From assembly GCA_964394405.1 (NCBI GenBank), contig CAYMVY010000001.1, positions 102,546 through 166,545 on the forward strand: 64,000 nucleotides of DNA. The letters run 5' to 3'. A program made the translations under genes and the position numbers. Below the pieces are notes generated by a model, which was given only the letters and a program-made list of their open reading frames with translations, had not been told where the DNA came from and searched no databases. Shown here piece by piece: positions 50,833 to 60,575 of this stretch (positions are counted from its first letter, which is position 1; the number at the start of each line of letters is the position of its first letter). The DNA is from an uncultured Gammaproteobacteria bacterium (lineage in GTDB: Bacteria; Patescibacteriota; Patescibacteriia; Magasanikbacterales; UBA922).

Positions 50833-51942
50833 TTACGTCAAGAGAGTACGACGGCTTGAACGGGCCGCACTCTCAGCTATGCCAATAAGGAGAAAATTCG
50901 CAATAAGAGAAGATCCACCATAGCTCACCAATGGTAATGTAACACCAGTGACAGGGAGAAGTCCAATCGCAGCACCTACATTGACACACACCTGGATCAA
51001 AAAAATAAGTGCGATACCAAGTGAGATATACGACGTAAACTCCCCTCTCGCTCGATATGCAATGAGCGCGAGACGAAAAATAAGCAGTGAGTAAAGGATG
51101 AGGATAAGAGAGGTGCCCACAAACCCCAATTCTTCGCCTATAACCGAAAATATAAAGTCTGTTTGCGCTTCAGGGAGAAAATGCAGCTGACTCTGAGATC
51201 CGAAGCCGAGTCCACGCCCCATAATCCCTCCTGCACCAATCGCAATAATAGATTGTGTCACATTATACCCAGAGCCAAGCGGATCTCGCTCAGGATCAAG
51301 AAACGTCAATACACGATCCTTTTGATAATCTTTAAACAGAAAAAACCACGAACACACAACCGTGATAATCCCAATCGCAACCAATCCAAACGTATAACGT
51401 TTCGGTATCCCTGCAAGAAGCATCATCCCAAACCACACTCCAACAAAAATTATCGCAGAACCCAAATCAGGTTGTAACATAACCAACCCTGCCAAGATGC
51501 CTGTGAGAAATGCCATTACTAGGACAAACTGCCATGTCTGAAAGAGCCGTGCCTGCCGATCAATACGCCAAGCAAGAAATACCACCAGCGCGATTTTTGC
51601 AAATTCTGCAGGTTGAAATGAAAAGCCCGCAATATGAAACCACCCAGTAGTTCCGCGAATCGTGACACCAAAAAAGAGGACGAGGATAAGAAGAATCAAA
51701 GCAACCACATAAATCAATTTTGCATGTGCTTCATAAAATGTCACATGAAGACGAGAACATGCGAGCAGTACTGCAAGCCCGATACCAAAAGCTAATACTT
51801 GACGAGAAAAAAAACTCAGCCCCTCTCCGCGCGAAAGATCAACACTATAAATCGCCGCAAGACCAATACACGAGAGGATAATCGTCGTAAACAATAATAT
51901 AATATCGTAGCCTCTGAATGTTTTGGTGAAGAAATCAATCAT
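50833..51942 (-). CDS. ftsW: SEDS-family peptidoglycan glycosyltransferase FtsW/RodA
   Basis: 10-TM protein with conserved C-terminal ...SYGGSSLIANFLLIGI. The ORF in the track starts at GTG 51969; the first ATG is at 51942. Confidence 0.85.
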   Translation of the reverse strand: MIDFFTKTFRGYDIILLFTTIILSCIGLAAIYSVDLSRGEGLSFFSRQVLAFGIGLAVLLACSRLHVTFYEAHAKLIYVVALILLILVLFFGVTIRGTTGWFHIAGFSFQPAEFAKIALVVFLAWRIDRQARLFQTWQFVLVMAFLTGILAGLVMLQPDLGSAIIFVGVWFGMMLLAGIPKRYTFGLVAIGIITVVCSWFFLFKDYQKDRVLTFLDPERDPLGSGYNVTQSIIAIGAGGIMGRGLGFGSQSQLHFLPEAQTDFIFSVIGEELGFVGTSLILILYSLLIFRLALIAYRARGEFTSYISLGIALIFLIQVCVNVGAAIGLLPVTGVTLPLVSYGGSSLIANFLLIGIAESAARSSRRTLLT

Positions 51943-52083
51943 ACGAATAAAAAACGATACACGATACACGGAACAATATACACGATCAATTCAAATTTTA
52001 TTGTATATCGTATCCCATGTATGTTGTATCGTACTACCCTAAAAAATGCAAACGTTTTGGTTGAAAAACCCTATATAAATCAA

Positions 52084-52974
52084 TTATCGTGTCATGTACA
52101 CCCCATCATCAAACACATTGACGAGCGGAAGAAACTCGACTGAGTCGATAGCTAGATTGGTTGAGACAACCCCGAGTGACACTTCTCTCGTTTCCCCACC
52201 TTTGAATTGAGAAATGGTAAGTGGTGCAATACCAACGGTTTCTGAACCCCGTTTAAGAAGCACAATACCTGAAAATTCCCAAAAATCAAATAATGAATTG
52301 TTAGTGACAGAAAACTGTACAACCGGCAAACCGCTTACCGACCCTTCAGAACTCGAAAGATAGGTTGGCTCACTCGTTGAAATATCAATACGCTGGGCTA
52401 TAAATGCAGCGGGGTCAAAAACATCATGCGGATCTACCCGTTTCCAAGTTATGAAAACTGGTTTGAAGTTCATAGTTTCTGGTCTACTTGAAGACTCATA
52501 CCCAAATACCGCAAGTGGCTGAGTATGTCCTGGCAATATCACTGCAGTCTTGTTCTCTGTAGCGCCAAGAGAATTCTCAAATTGGTAGACCACTGTCGCA
52601 ATCCACGAAGTATTTGGATTGGCAGCTTGTACCAGTAGATCATACCGATCAGCAATACCTGAAAACAGTTGTGGCGAAGAAAAAGAAAGTTCTTGAGGTC
52701 TCAAATTTCGTACTGCTTCAGAAGAAATATATGAATAAGAAAGATTCTGAAGATTAATCCGATCCTGGCTATACTCAAAAATAAAATATTTCCCAACAAC
52801 AAACAGTGTGGTACCCAGAGTCACGACACTCCATACAATAAGAAAATACACGAACACTCTCCGAAGAGTCTCATGGTGTTTGGCATACCACGTAGCCATC
52901 TTGAGACTATGATTCGAAAATTCTCCGGTGGGATCTTCGTAACGGCTCAAGAGAGATTGTTTTTTATCATTCAT
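52084..52974 (-). CDS. Hypothetical membrane-anchored protein
   Basis: One TM helix (VFVYFLIVWSVVTLGTTLFVV) followed by a roughly 230-aa extracytoplasmic domain. Start is at the internal ATG; the ORF in the track begins with TTG. Confidence 0.55.
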   Translation of the reverse strand: MNDKKQSLLSRYEDPTGEFSNHSLKMATWYAKHHETLRRVFVYFLIVWSVVTLGTTLFVVGKYFIFEYSQDRINLQNLSYSYISSEAVRNLRPQELSFSSPQLFSGIADRYDLLVQAANPNTSWIATVVYQFENSLGATENKTAVILPGHTQPLAVFGYESSSRPETMNFKPVFITWKRVDPHDVFDPAAFIAQRIDISTSEPTYLSSSEGSVSGLPVVQFSVTNNSLFDFWEFSGIVLLKRGSETVGIAPLTISQFKGGETREVSLGVVSTNLAIDSVEFLPLVNVFDDGVYMTR

Positions 52975-53156
52975 AATGGATATAAGTATAGCACAATAAA
53001 AAGGCAAAAGGAAAAAGTAAAACTTGTCCTGAGCGAGGTCGAAGGAAGCAAAAGAACAAGCTTGCTTTTCATATATACGTATGCTAAACTAGTCACCGAA
53101 AGTGTGTGTTTTTAATCTGTATAATCCTGTATTTCAATCAGTGAAATCAATGTGAT

Positions 53157-55214
53157 ATGGCAAAAACAGCAAAAGTAAATTCATCGTATAGTGCAAAAAA
53201 TATTCAGGTTCTGGAAGGTCTTGCTGCAGTCCGCAAACGTCCTGGTATGTATATCGGTTCCACTGGTGCTGCAGGTCTTCACCACCTCATTTGGGAAGTC
53301 GTTGACAACTCAATTGATGAAGCAATGGCAGGTCACTGTGATGAAATCACGATAAAACTCCTCCCCGATCATTGGATCGAGGTTACCGATAATGGACGTG
53401 GTATCCCTGTCGATCCTCATCCTGTAAAAAAGGTAAGCGCACTCGAGCTCGTACTCTCTACCCTCCATGCCGGAGGTAAATTTGGCGAAGAAGATGGCGG
53501 ATACAAGGTATCCGGAGGTCTCCATGGTGTGGGTGTATCAGTAGTAAACGCCCTCTCAACTGATCTCACCGCTACCGTTCACCGTGAAGGAAAAATCTGG
53601 GAGCAAAAATATAAAATTGGTAACCCTCAAGGCAAAGTAAAAGCAGTAGGAACTACCAAAACAACAGGAACCACTATTGCGTTCCGCCCTGATAATAGCA
53701 TTTTTGAAACCATTGATTTTGAATGGAAATATATTATCGATCACTTGCGCCAACAGACGTATCTCAATAAGGGGGTGCGCATTGTGATTATTGATGAACG
53801 AAGTGAAGAAGAAAAAAAGAAAGACAAAACTGCGCTTCCTTTCAAAAAAAATACGCATCAATTCTTTTTTGAAGGTGGAATCGAGAGCTATATTCGTCAT
53901 ATCAACAAAAATCGCGAACCAAAGCATGAAACTATTTTTTATACAGAAAAAAAAGTAGAAGATGTTGTAGTAGAAATTGCACTTCAATACACCGGCGACT
54001 TCACTGAATCACTGCACGCATTTGCAAATAATATTATCAACCCCGATGGGGGTATGCATGTGTCTGGATTCAGAACCGCGCTTACGAGAACCCTCAACAC
54101 CTATGCGAGGAACAAAGGAATGCTCAAAGAAAAAGATGGAAATCTCTCAGGAGAAGATGTTCGCGAAGGATTATCTGCAATAATTTCAGTAAAAATTCCC
54201 AATCCGCAATTCGAAGGACAGACCAAAGCAAAATTGGGAAATCCAGAAGTGAAGCCTGCAGTAGAATCAGTCTTCGGTGAACAATTCACCATCTTCCTCG
54301 AAGAGAATCCCAAAGATGCTGAAGCAATCATCGGCCAATGTATGATTGCCGCAAAAGCTCGTGCTGCGGCAAAAATGGCTCGAGATACTGTACTTCGCAA
54401 AAGCGCACTGGAAGGATTCACTCTCCCAGGAAAACTTGCAGATTGTTCCAGTAGAAAACCAGAAAACTGCGAACTCTACATCGTAGAGGGAGATTCTGCA
54501 GGAGGTTCTGCAAAGCAAGGTCGTGATCGAAATACACAAGCGATTTTGCCACTCCGAGGAAAGGTATTGAATGTAGAGCGCGCCAGACTCGACAAAATTC
54601 TTACCAACAATGAATTGAAATCACTGATTATCGCCATGGGAACCAATATTGGCGAAATGTTTGAAATCGGAAAACTCCGCTATCACAAAATCATTATCAT
54701 GACCGATGCGGACGTCGACGGGTCTCACATCCGCACACTCCTTCTCACTCTCTTCTTCCGGTATTTCCCAGATCTCATTTATCAGGGACACATCTTTGTA
54801 GCGCAGCCTCCCCTGTTCAGTATTAAAAAAGGGAAAGAAGTCACCTGGATTTACAATGAGACAGCACTTGCAACGTACAAAGAAAAATATGGTATTACTG
54901 AAGAAGATTTGCAAGTGGTAGAAGAAGAAACTGATGTAGAAGGTGCTGCAGTACCCGTAGTAGAAACTCCAAAAGAAGAAAAAACTGGAAAGTCAAAATT
55001 GAATGTGCAGCGATATAAAGGTTTGGGAGAAATGAATCCAGAACAGCTCTGGGAAACCACCATGAATCCTGAAAACCGAGTATTGAAACGCATCACGATT
55101 GAGGATGCAGAGAAAGCCGCCGAAACATTCGATATTCTCATGGGTTCAGAAGTCGCTCCTCGCAAAAAATTCATTCAAACACATGCGAAAAATGTAAAAA
55201 ATCTCGATATATAA
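53157..55214 (+). CDS. gyrB: DNA gyrase subunit B
   Basis: GHKL ATPase (GLHHLIWEVVDNSIDEAMAG), TOPRIM (EGDSAGGSAKQGRDR) and C-terminal tail. 685 aa, so it lacks the long insert of proteobacterial GyrB. Confidence 0.9.
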   Translation: MAKTAKVNSSYSAKNIQVLEGLAAVRKRPGMYIGSTGAAGLHHLIWEVVDNSIDEAMAGHCDEITIKLLPDHWIEVTDNGRGIPVDPHPVKKVSALELVLSTLHAGGKFGEEDGGYKVSGGLHGVGVSVVNALSTDLTATVHREGKIWEQKYKIGNPQGKVKAVGTTKTTGTTIAFRPDNSIFETIDFEWKYIIDHLRQQTYLNKGVRIVIIDERSEEEKKKDKTALPFKKNTHQFFFEGGIESYIRHINKNREPKHETIFYTEKKVEDVVVEIALQYTGDFTESLHAFANNIINPDGGMHVSGFRTALTRTLNTYARNKGMLKEKDGNLSGEDVREGLSAIISVKIPNPQFEGQTKAKLGNPEVKPAVESVFGEQFTIFLEENPKDAEAIIGQCMIAAKARAAAKMARDTVLRKSALEGFTLPGKLADCSSRKPENCELYIVEGDSAGGSAKQGRDRNTQAILPLRGKVLNVERARLDKILTNNELKSLIIAMGTNIGEMFEIGKLRYHKIIIMTDADVDGSHIRTLLLTLFFRYFPDLIYQGHIFVAQPPLFSIKKGKEVTWIYNETALATYKEKYGITEEDLQVVEEETDVEGAAVPVVETPKEEKTGKSKLNVQRYKGLGEMNPEQLWETTMNPENRVLKRITIEDAEKAAETFDILMGSEVAPRKKFIQTHAKNVKNLDI

Positions 55215-55220
55215 AAAATA

Positions 55221-55243
55221 ACCGCGCAAGCGGTTATTTTACT
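55221..55243 (+). terminator. Rho-independent terminator after gyrB
   Basis: aaccgcgcaagcggtt followed by a T-run. Confidence 0.7.
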
Positions 55244-55249
55244 AGAAAT

Positions 55250-56077
55250 ATGTTTGAAATAGCAAGTTCAACAGAATTCATATTCAAATGGCAAACATTA
55301 ATCGGCAGCGCGTTAGGTCCTTTCCTTGCTGTGATACTTTCGGCTATCGGTTTTTGGATTAAATCCACTATTAAAAACAAAAAAGAACGGAAGGAATCTC
55401 TAAGGAGAATAGAAATTAGTGTTACAAAAAGTCTCAACGACGCTTTCACTGTTTGCGAACAACTCAAGTGGTTTTCGCAACGAATAAAAAATTTAATAAT
55501 TGAATCAAAATCTATAGTGGATAACAAAATCTTTTTCTTAAACCGAATAAATTTCCCAACAACAAGAGAGATCTATCGAGATATTGATATGTCTATCTTC
55601 AAAGTCAAAAGCTATTATTTGCACAACAAGCTTATGTGGATAGATGCGGGAATAAAAGAAACCAATGAAACTATATTAAACCTAAAAAAAGATTTTGAAG
55701 ATTTAATACGACAAAATGAAATACTAATTGCTGTGATGAGAGATAATCCGAATCCCCTCCTCCAAAGAGAAGCATACGAAAGAAACTTAGAATCATTTTC
55801 AAAAGCAATGGACGACTATGTTTCAAAAAGTATCAAGTTAGGTATCGAAGTCATGACACAAATAAAAATCTACAACGAAAAATTGCGAAAAAAATATGGC
55901 TTTTGGTTTTTATGGAAACAAGAAGGAACCAAACTTAAATATTTCCACAATAAGACAGAGCAGAGGACATTTGCTCGAAATCTTGATTCCTTAGATCGTA
56001 TTGATAATGCAATAAAAAAAGACGTGGAATCTTTGATAAACAAAATGGAAGAAAGAGCTAAAAAATTAGCTCAGTAA
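55250..56077 (+). CDS. Hypothetical membrane-anchored coiled-coil protein
   Basis: N-terminal TM (LIGSALGPFLAVILSAIGFWI), then a K/E-rich predicted coiled coil. Confidence 0.55.
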   Translation: MFEIASSTEFIFKWQTLIGSALGPFLAVILSAIGFWIKSTIKNKKERKESLRRIEISVTKSLNDAFTVCEQLKWFSQRIKNLIIESKSIVDNKIFFLNRINFPTTREIYRDIDMSIFKVKSYYLHNKLMWIDAGIKETNETILNLKKDFEDLIRQNEILIAVMRDNPNPLLQREAYERNLESFSKAMDDYVSKSIKLGIEVMTQIKIYNEKLRKKYGFWFLWKQEGTKLKYFHNKTEQRTFARNLDSLDRIDNAIKKDVESLINKMEERAKKLAQ

Positions 56078-56176
56078 AAAAACCAATTTTAATTCAAAAA
56101 CCGCCTCAAGCAGTTGTTTTATTGTTATAAAAAAGATGAAGTCGGATCCGCATAGCGCGAACCCGACTCATAACGG

Positions 56177-56524
56177 TCAGCTCCTCCAGGGGATCGGAAC
56201 TCCGTGCCTCTTCATCCGTTTTTCCCACAACTCGTCGAGGTGGGAACTCCGGCAATTAGGGCACTGGAACATCAACTTCATACAGAATCCATAGAAGAAC
56301 TCAGTTCCCCACGAGGACTTGGACGAGGGATTGATCTTCCTCTTCACGAAGTTGATCGTGCCCCAGAACACGAACTCCTCGAGGAAGCTTGGAATGTAGA
56401 AGACGAACCCCCAGAGCGGTCTCCAAAAGTACCAGAAGAACTTGTCAACGAACAGGTACCAGGGACTGCAGACGTACCAGAGCCAAGAGGGTCGCTTAAT
56501 GGTCTTCGGCTTAGTCTTGCCCAT
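56177..56524 (-). CDS. GC-rich islet gene: small Trp/Phe-rich membrane protein with C-terminal zinc ribbon (CPNC)
   Basis: From the ATG with consensus SD (TAGGAGGTAGCGAC-ATG): MGKTKPKTIKRPSWLWYVCSPWYLFVDKFFWYFWRPLWGFVFYIPSF...QCPNCRSSH. A hairpin plus T-run lies downstream at about 56130-56165. Confidence 0.55.
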   Translation of the reverse strand: MGKTKPKTIKRPSWLWYVCSPWYLFVDKFFWYFWRPLWGFVFYIPSFLEEFVFWGTINFVKRKINPSSKSSWGTEFFYGFCMKLMFQCPNCRSSHLDELWEKRMKRHGVPIPWRS

Positions 56525-56696
56525 GTCGCTACCTCCTAAAATTGATTGCGACAAACTAGGAATATCACAGCTAAAAGGAAAGGTCAATATAAAAACACAA
56601 AAATCCCATTCAGGGATTATTTTTTATTTTAAGTTAGTTCGAAGGCCGGACGCGATGAAGCGATCCGGCCCCGTTCGTCAGGGTACTTCCCCACTA

Positions 56697-57485
56697 CTAC
56701 CGAAGCAGCTCATCTTTCAGTTTAAGCAGATTCGGTACATAAGGAAGACCAGTCTCGAGGAGCCGACGATGGAGCTCGCGTTTCATTCCACCCACACCAT
56801 CTTTCTTATAGATGGTGCAAACATCAAAGAAACACTCCCACCCCTGCTTCACCGCAAACGAACACTCCTGCTCGTACGCATCAATCTCTGTATTGAACCA
56901 GACACGAACATGATCTTCACTCGGTACGTCATCGCGGTTCTTCACGGTGAACATTTCGAGAGGTGCGTGTTTGAGCTCATACTGCTTGTAGTGGACAAAC
57001 TCGTGCAGTAGAACCATTTGCAGGAACTGTGGACTCTCTTGAGGGTTGAGGAGGTTGCTCAGGGAGACATTCATGACAGGGGTCATGCCCCTACCATGGA
57101 TATCAAGAACCATAAACTGGGCGACAGATGCCCCTCTCTGAAGGTCATTGTCCTGTAGATTCAGAAAGAGATCGCCTTTCACAATGAGCTTATGCATCTC
57201 GACACTGATCTCAGGGGCCGGATGCGAGAGTACCAGATCCTTGAGGACTAGACTTGCGTCCTGGCTCACGATCCTGCGAGGCACGCTGGCTACTACCAGA
57301 GCTTCACATGAGTTCATGGGCCGGCTCACGTGGGGGCTAGTACTGACACCACCACCCTTCGTCGTGCTCTGAGTGGGTGTCGCCACTTTGACCACGACGA
57401 GCGCGACCACGATGCCGAGGACGACGAGTAACCACTTCCACCAGTCATGGGTGCGAACAGTTTTGACGTTGGTACGACGAGCCAT
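56697..57485 (-). CDS. GC-rich islet gene: membrane-anchored protein with HExxH zinc-metallopeptidase motif
   Basis: From the ATG with SD AGGAGAG: MARRTNVKTVRTHDWWKWLLVVLGIVVALVVV (TM) ... MVLLHEFVHYKQYE. Downstream hairpins at 56595-56625 and 56644-56670. Confidence 0.55.
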   Translation of the reverse strand: MARRTNVKTVRTHDWWKWLLVVLGIVVALVVVKVATPTQSTTKGGGVSTSPHVSRPMNSCEALVVASVPRRIVSQDASLVLKDLVLSHPAPEISVEMHKLIVKGDLFLNLQDNDLQRGASVAQFMVLDIHGRGMTPVMNVSLSNLLNPQESPQFLQMVLLHEFVHYKQYELKHAPLEMFTVKNRDDVPSEDHVRVWFNTEIDAYEQECSFAVKQGWECFFDVCTIYKKDGVGGMKRELHRRLLETGLPYVPNLLKLKDELLR

Positions 57486-57582
57486 GGAACACTCTCCTGT
57501 GTATGAGAAGGAACACCTCAGTAAAGACCGTTCTTTAAAGAGACTAGAGTTTATACCATTTCTTACCGGTTTTGTCAACCGT

Positions 57583-57611
57583 ATTGACATATGTTATATC
57601 ATGTGGTATAG
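57583..57611 (+). promoter_or_regulatory. Consensus sigma70 promoter (TTGACA-17-TATAGT) for secE-nusG-rplK
   Basis: ttgacatatgttatatcatgtggtatagt, about 50 nt upstream of secE. Confidence 0.6.
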
Positions 57612-57662
57612 TGTTTTCATCAAATCGGCTCAAGGCCGTTTTTAAAATAGCGAAGATTTTGT

Positions 57663-57839
57663 ATGAAATTAGTCACCTACGTCAAAGACTCAATCAGTGA
57701 ATTAAAAAAAGTTACCTGGCCTACCAAAAAACAGGTAATCTCCTATACCATTATTGTAATCGTAATGAGCTTTGGTATGGCGATACTCTTTTCAGTACTA
57801 GACCAAATTTTCAATCTTGGTCTTGGACAACTTATTTAA
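57663..57839 (+). CDS. secE: Preprotein translocase subunit SecE (58 aa; below the length cutoff of the ORF track)
   Basis: MKLVTYVKDSISELKKVTWPTKKQVISYTIIVIVMSFGMAILFSVLDQIFNLGLGQLI. It has the SecE KKVxWP motif plus a single TM and sits immediately upstream of nusG. Confidence 0.8.
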   Translation: MKLVTYVKDSISELKKVTWPTKKQVISYTIIVIVMSFGMAILFSVLDQIFNLGLGQLI

Positions 57840-57878
57840 AACACTTATTTGGCCACCCAGGCCTCTCAGATACTGTAT

Positions 57879-58424
57879 ATGGCAAAGCAGCAAAGCAATC
57901 TAGGTAAACGCTGGTACGTGATTCACACGTATAGTGGTTACGAAGAAAATGTAAAGCACAATCTCGAACAGCGTATCGAATCTTTTGATATGCAGGACAA
58001 GATTTACCAAGTGTTGGTACCAAAAGAAAAGAAAATCAAAATTAAAAATGGCAAACGAAATGTGGTTGAAGAAAAAATCTTCCCAGGATATGTACTCGTG
58101 GAGATGATCGTAACCGATGATTCATGGTACGTAGTACGAAATACCCCAAATGTAACTGGATTTATCGGAACTGGAACCACTCCTACTCCGATCGATGCCA
58201 AAGAAATGATGTCACTGACAAAGAGAATGAACGTTGAAGATCCGACTCACAAGATCGATCTCGAAATCAATACTCCTGTCAGAATCGTTGATGGTCCATT
58301 CAAAAACTTTGAAGGAAAGGTAAGTGAAGTAGATAGTTCACGTGGAAAAATCAAAGTACTGGTCAACATGTTTGGCCGTGAAACTCCGGTAGAACTCGAT
58401 GCATTGCAGGTCAAAAAAATATAA
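57879..58424 (+). CDS. nusG: Transcription termination/antitermination factor NusG
   Basis: NGN domain (KRWYVIHTYSGYEENV) and KOW (VRIVDGPFKNFEGKVSEVD). The ORF in the track starts at TTG 57849 and overlaps secE; the ATG is at 57879. Confidence 0.9.
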   Translation: MAKQQSNLGKRWYVIHTYSGYEENVKHNLEQRIESFDMQDKIYQVLVPKEKKIKIKNGKRNVVEEKIFPGYVLVEMIVTDDSWYVVRNTPNVTGFIGTGTTPTPIDAKEMMSLTKRMNVEDPTHKIDLEINTPVRIVDGPFKNFEGKVSEVDSSRGKIKVLVNMFGRETPVELDALQVKKI

Positions 58425-58544
58425 TTGAACATAAGCTTAAAAGGCAGAAAATGCCTGGGAAGGCGGGATAGGGCTTCTACCTCTCCATTCGCTTCTAGCC
58501 TCTCAAGCATTTCAAGCCTTTTAAGCATTCTAAGCACTAACTCT

Positions 58545-58970
58545 ATGGCAAAAAAGATAACCACCCAAATCAAACTCCAAATCGTTGGTGGAGCTGCAAA
58601 TCCAGCACCTCCAGTAGGTCCAGCTCTTGGACAGCACGGCCTGAATATCCAGGACTTCTGCAGCAAATTCAATGCAGCAACCCAGGATAAAAAAGGTGAA
58701 GTCGTACCAGTCATCATCAATGTGTACGAAGACCGCACCTTCAGCTTTATCATGAAAGTGGCTCCAGCGAGTGAATTGATCAAAAAAGCAGCAAAAATCG
58801 GCAAAGGAGCCGGCAATCCACTCAAAGATAAGGTAGGAAAAATTACCCGAGCACAGCTCCGTGAAATCGCAGAAAAAAAGATGCCCGACCTCAATGCAAA
58901 CGATGTAGAGGCAGCGATGAAAACCATCGAAGGAACTGCGCGACAAATGGGAGTTACCATTGAAGGATAA
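58545..58970 (+). CDS. rplK: 50S ribosomal protein L11
   Basis: [35 protein letters not shown], the canonical L11 N-terminus. A 120-nt leader is upstream. Confidence 0.9.
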   Translation: MAKKITTQIKLQIVGGAANPAPPVGPALGQHGLNIQDFCSKFNAATQDKKGEVVPVIINVYEDRTFSFIMKVAPASELIKKAAKIGKGAGNPLKDKVGKITRAQLREIAEKKMPDLNANDVEAAMKTIEGTARQMGVTIEG

Positions 58971-58990
58971 AAACACTAGAATTATATAAA

Positions 58991-59030
58991 ACACTTGGGC
59001 TAACCCGAGTGTTTTTGTTTTATAAAAAAC
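58991..59030 (+). terminator. Rho-independent terminator after rplK
   Basis: acacttgggctaacccgagtgt followed by a T-run. Confidence 0.7.
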
Positions 59031-59043
59031 CTAAGTCAAAACG

Positions 59044-59083
59044 AAAAACTCAAAAGTAAAAACCGAGAACTCACATACAAAAA
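59044..59083. repeat. Family A repeat (gtcaaaacgaaaaactcaaaagtaaaaaccgagaactcac)
   Basis: Read directly from the sequence. Confidence 0.6.
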
Positions 59084-59153
59084 AATATATTTGGTTTAAA
59101 GTTTTGAATTAATGCTGTAAATGAGCTATACTAGTGGAAAATAATACCTTCAT

Positions 59154-60551
59154 ATGAAAAAGATTATCTTATTAAGTACACTTCTTGTTCTTGCTACGAT
59201 TCTATTTCCGCACACAGGCAATGCAGCAGAGACCTCCTGCGCCTTGAAGAAAAAAAATGCGTATAAATCATCGGTGAATGCTGATGTGTACTACATTACT
59301 GAGAACTGCACCAAACAAATTTTTCCCAATGAATCAGTTTTTTTCATGTACTTCAATTCGTGGAATAAAGTTATCTTGACTGACGATCTCACTCTCAGAT
59401 TTATACCAAACGATCCACAAAAATACGTGCCAGGAGAGGGATCGGCGCGACCAGGTGAAGATACCGGGGATCCCGAACACAATTCATCATCCGGCTCAGG
59501 TTCTTCAGGAGATACTGAACGATCATCAACACTAATTGTACGCGATGGATCAATTATCAAAACACGTACATCAGGTGATATTTATGTAGTCATCAATAAT
59601 GTAAAATTCCATATTGAAAACATGGAAACACTTCAGGAATTAAACATCCCTATACGCTGGGTAGAAATAGTATCTCAAAAAACTATTGATTCAATCCCAA
59701 GCGGAGCATCGCTCAACGTACACCCAAACAAAAGTCTCATGAGCCAGGCAACACCTGATTTTATACTCTTGAAGGATAAAAACAGTTCATCCGTATATCG
59801 TGTAGAACCAAGTACCAAAGATCCCAAATATCAGGTGCTCAGAAAAATTTCCAATGAAACAGCGCTTCGAAAAACCGGTTATCGTCTGGATCGTTTACCA
59901 CAAGTAAGTATTGAAGAAATACCCGAATTATCACTCATTGGCGTAGGGTCAAAAACAATATTCCGCAAAGGCACAGACCTCTCTTCAAATGCAACTATTT
60001 CATACCAAGGGGCATTCGCAAAAATTATTGAAGAAAAACGCAGTGCAAAAAATGAAGGTGCATACCTACGCAATGAAAAATACGACGGAGTCTCCTATGA
60101 ATACCCCTGGCAATACAAAGTAGTCCGCGGATTCTCCTATAGCGGAGCATTCAGAGACGAGTACACCGCAGTATTCTTCCCACCAAACAATACAAGCGTC
60201 TCACTTGATCTAAAAGTTGCTCCACTACCACACAAAAATTCTTCGTACAACACGAGTGAATTGGATGAACTGATCAAGAATACTCACGATGATGCGCTCA
60301 AAACACGTCTTCCCAATGCGACAACAGTTCGCAGATCTTCGACCGAATGGAAGAGGCAATCAACCTACGGATACACACGCACCACCAATCTGGAATTCTA
60401 CGATGGTACACTCGAGCGTCGTATAACATTTATCTACAAAAACCAAATTTTTTCTGGCGTTATTCACTATAGTTTATACGCATCTTCTGGAGTCGAGACT
60501 GATCTCGAGAACGTTCTCTATTTCGTCGCGAGTACGTTTAAAAAAAGCTAA
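59154..60551 (+). CDS. Hypothetical secreted protein (signal peptide, 465 aa)
   Basis: MKKIILLSTLLVLATILFPHTGNA signal peptide plus a Ser/Gly-rich linker. No known domain. Confidence 0.6.
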   Translation: MKKIILLSTLLVLATILFPHTGNAAETSCALKKKNAYKSSVNADVYYITENCTKQIFPNESVFFMYFNSWNKVILTDDLTLRFIPNDPQKYVPGEGSARPGEDTGDPEHNSSSGSGSSGDTERSSTLIVRDGSIIKTRTSGDIYVVINNVKFHIENMETLQELNIPIRWVEIVSQKTIDSIPSGASLNVHPNKSLMSQATPDFILLKDKNSSSVYRVEPSTKDPKYQVLRKISNETALRKTGYRLDRLPQVSIEEIPELSLIGVGSKTIFRKGTDLSSNATISYQGAFAKIIEEKRSAKNEGAYLRNEKYDGVSYEYPWQYKVVRGFSYSGAFRDEYTAVFFPPNNTSVSLDLKVAPLPHKNSSYNTSELDELIKNTHDDALKTRLPNATTVRRSSTEWKRQSTYGYTRTTNLEFYDGTLERRITFIYKNQIFSGVIHYSLYASSGVETDLENVLYFVASTFKKS

Positions 60552-60575
60552 CCCTCCAACTATCCCCCGCCTGTT

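Noticed and set aside
56204-56539. Acidic 111-aa ORF on the + strand in GC islet 4
   Set aside because: It is antisense to the SD-bearing minus-strand gene 56177-56524. It has no SD and a low-complexity composition.
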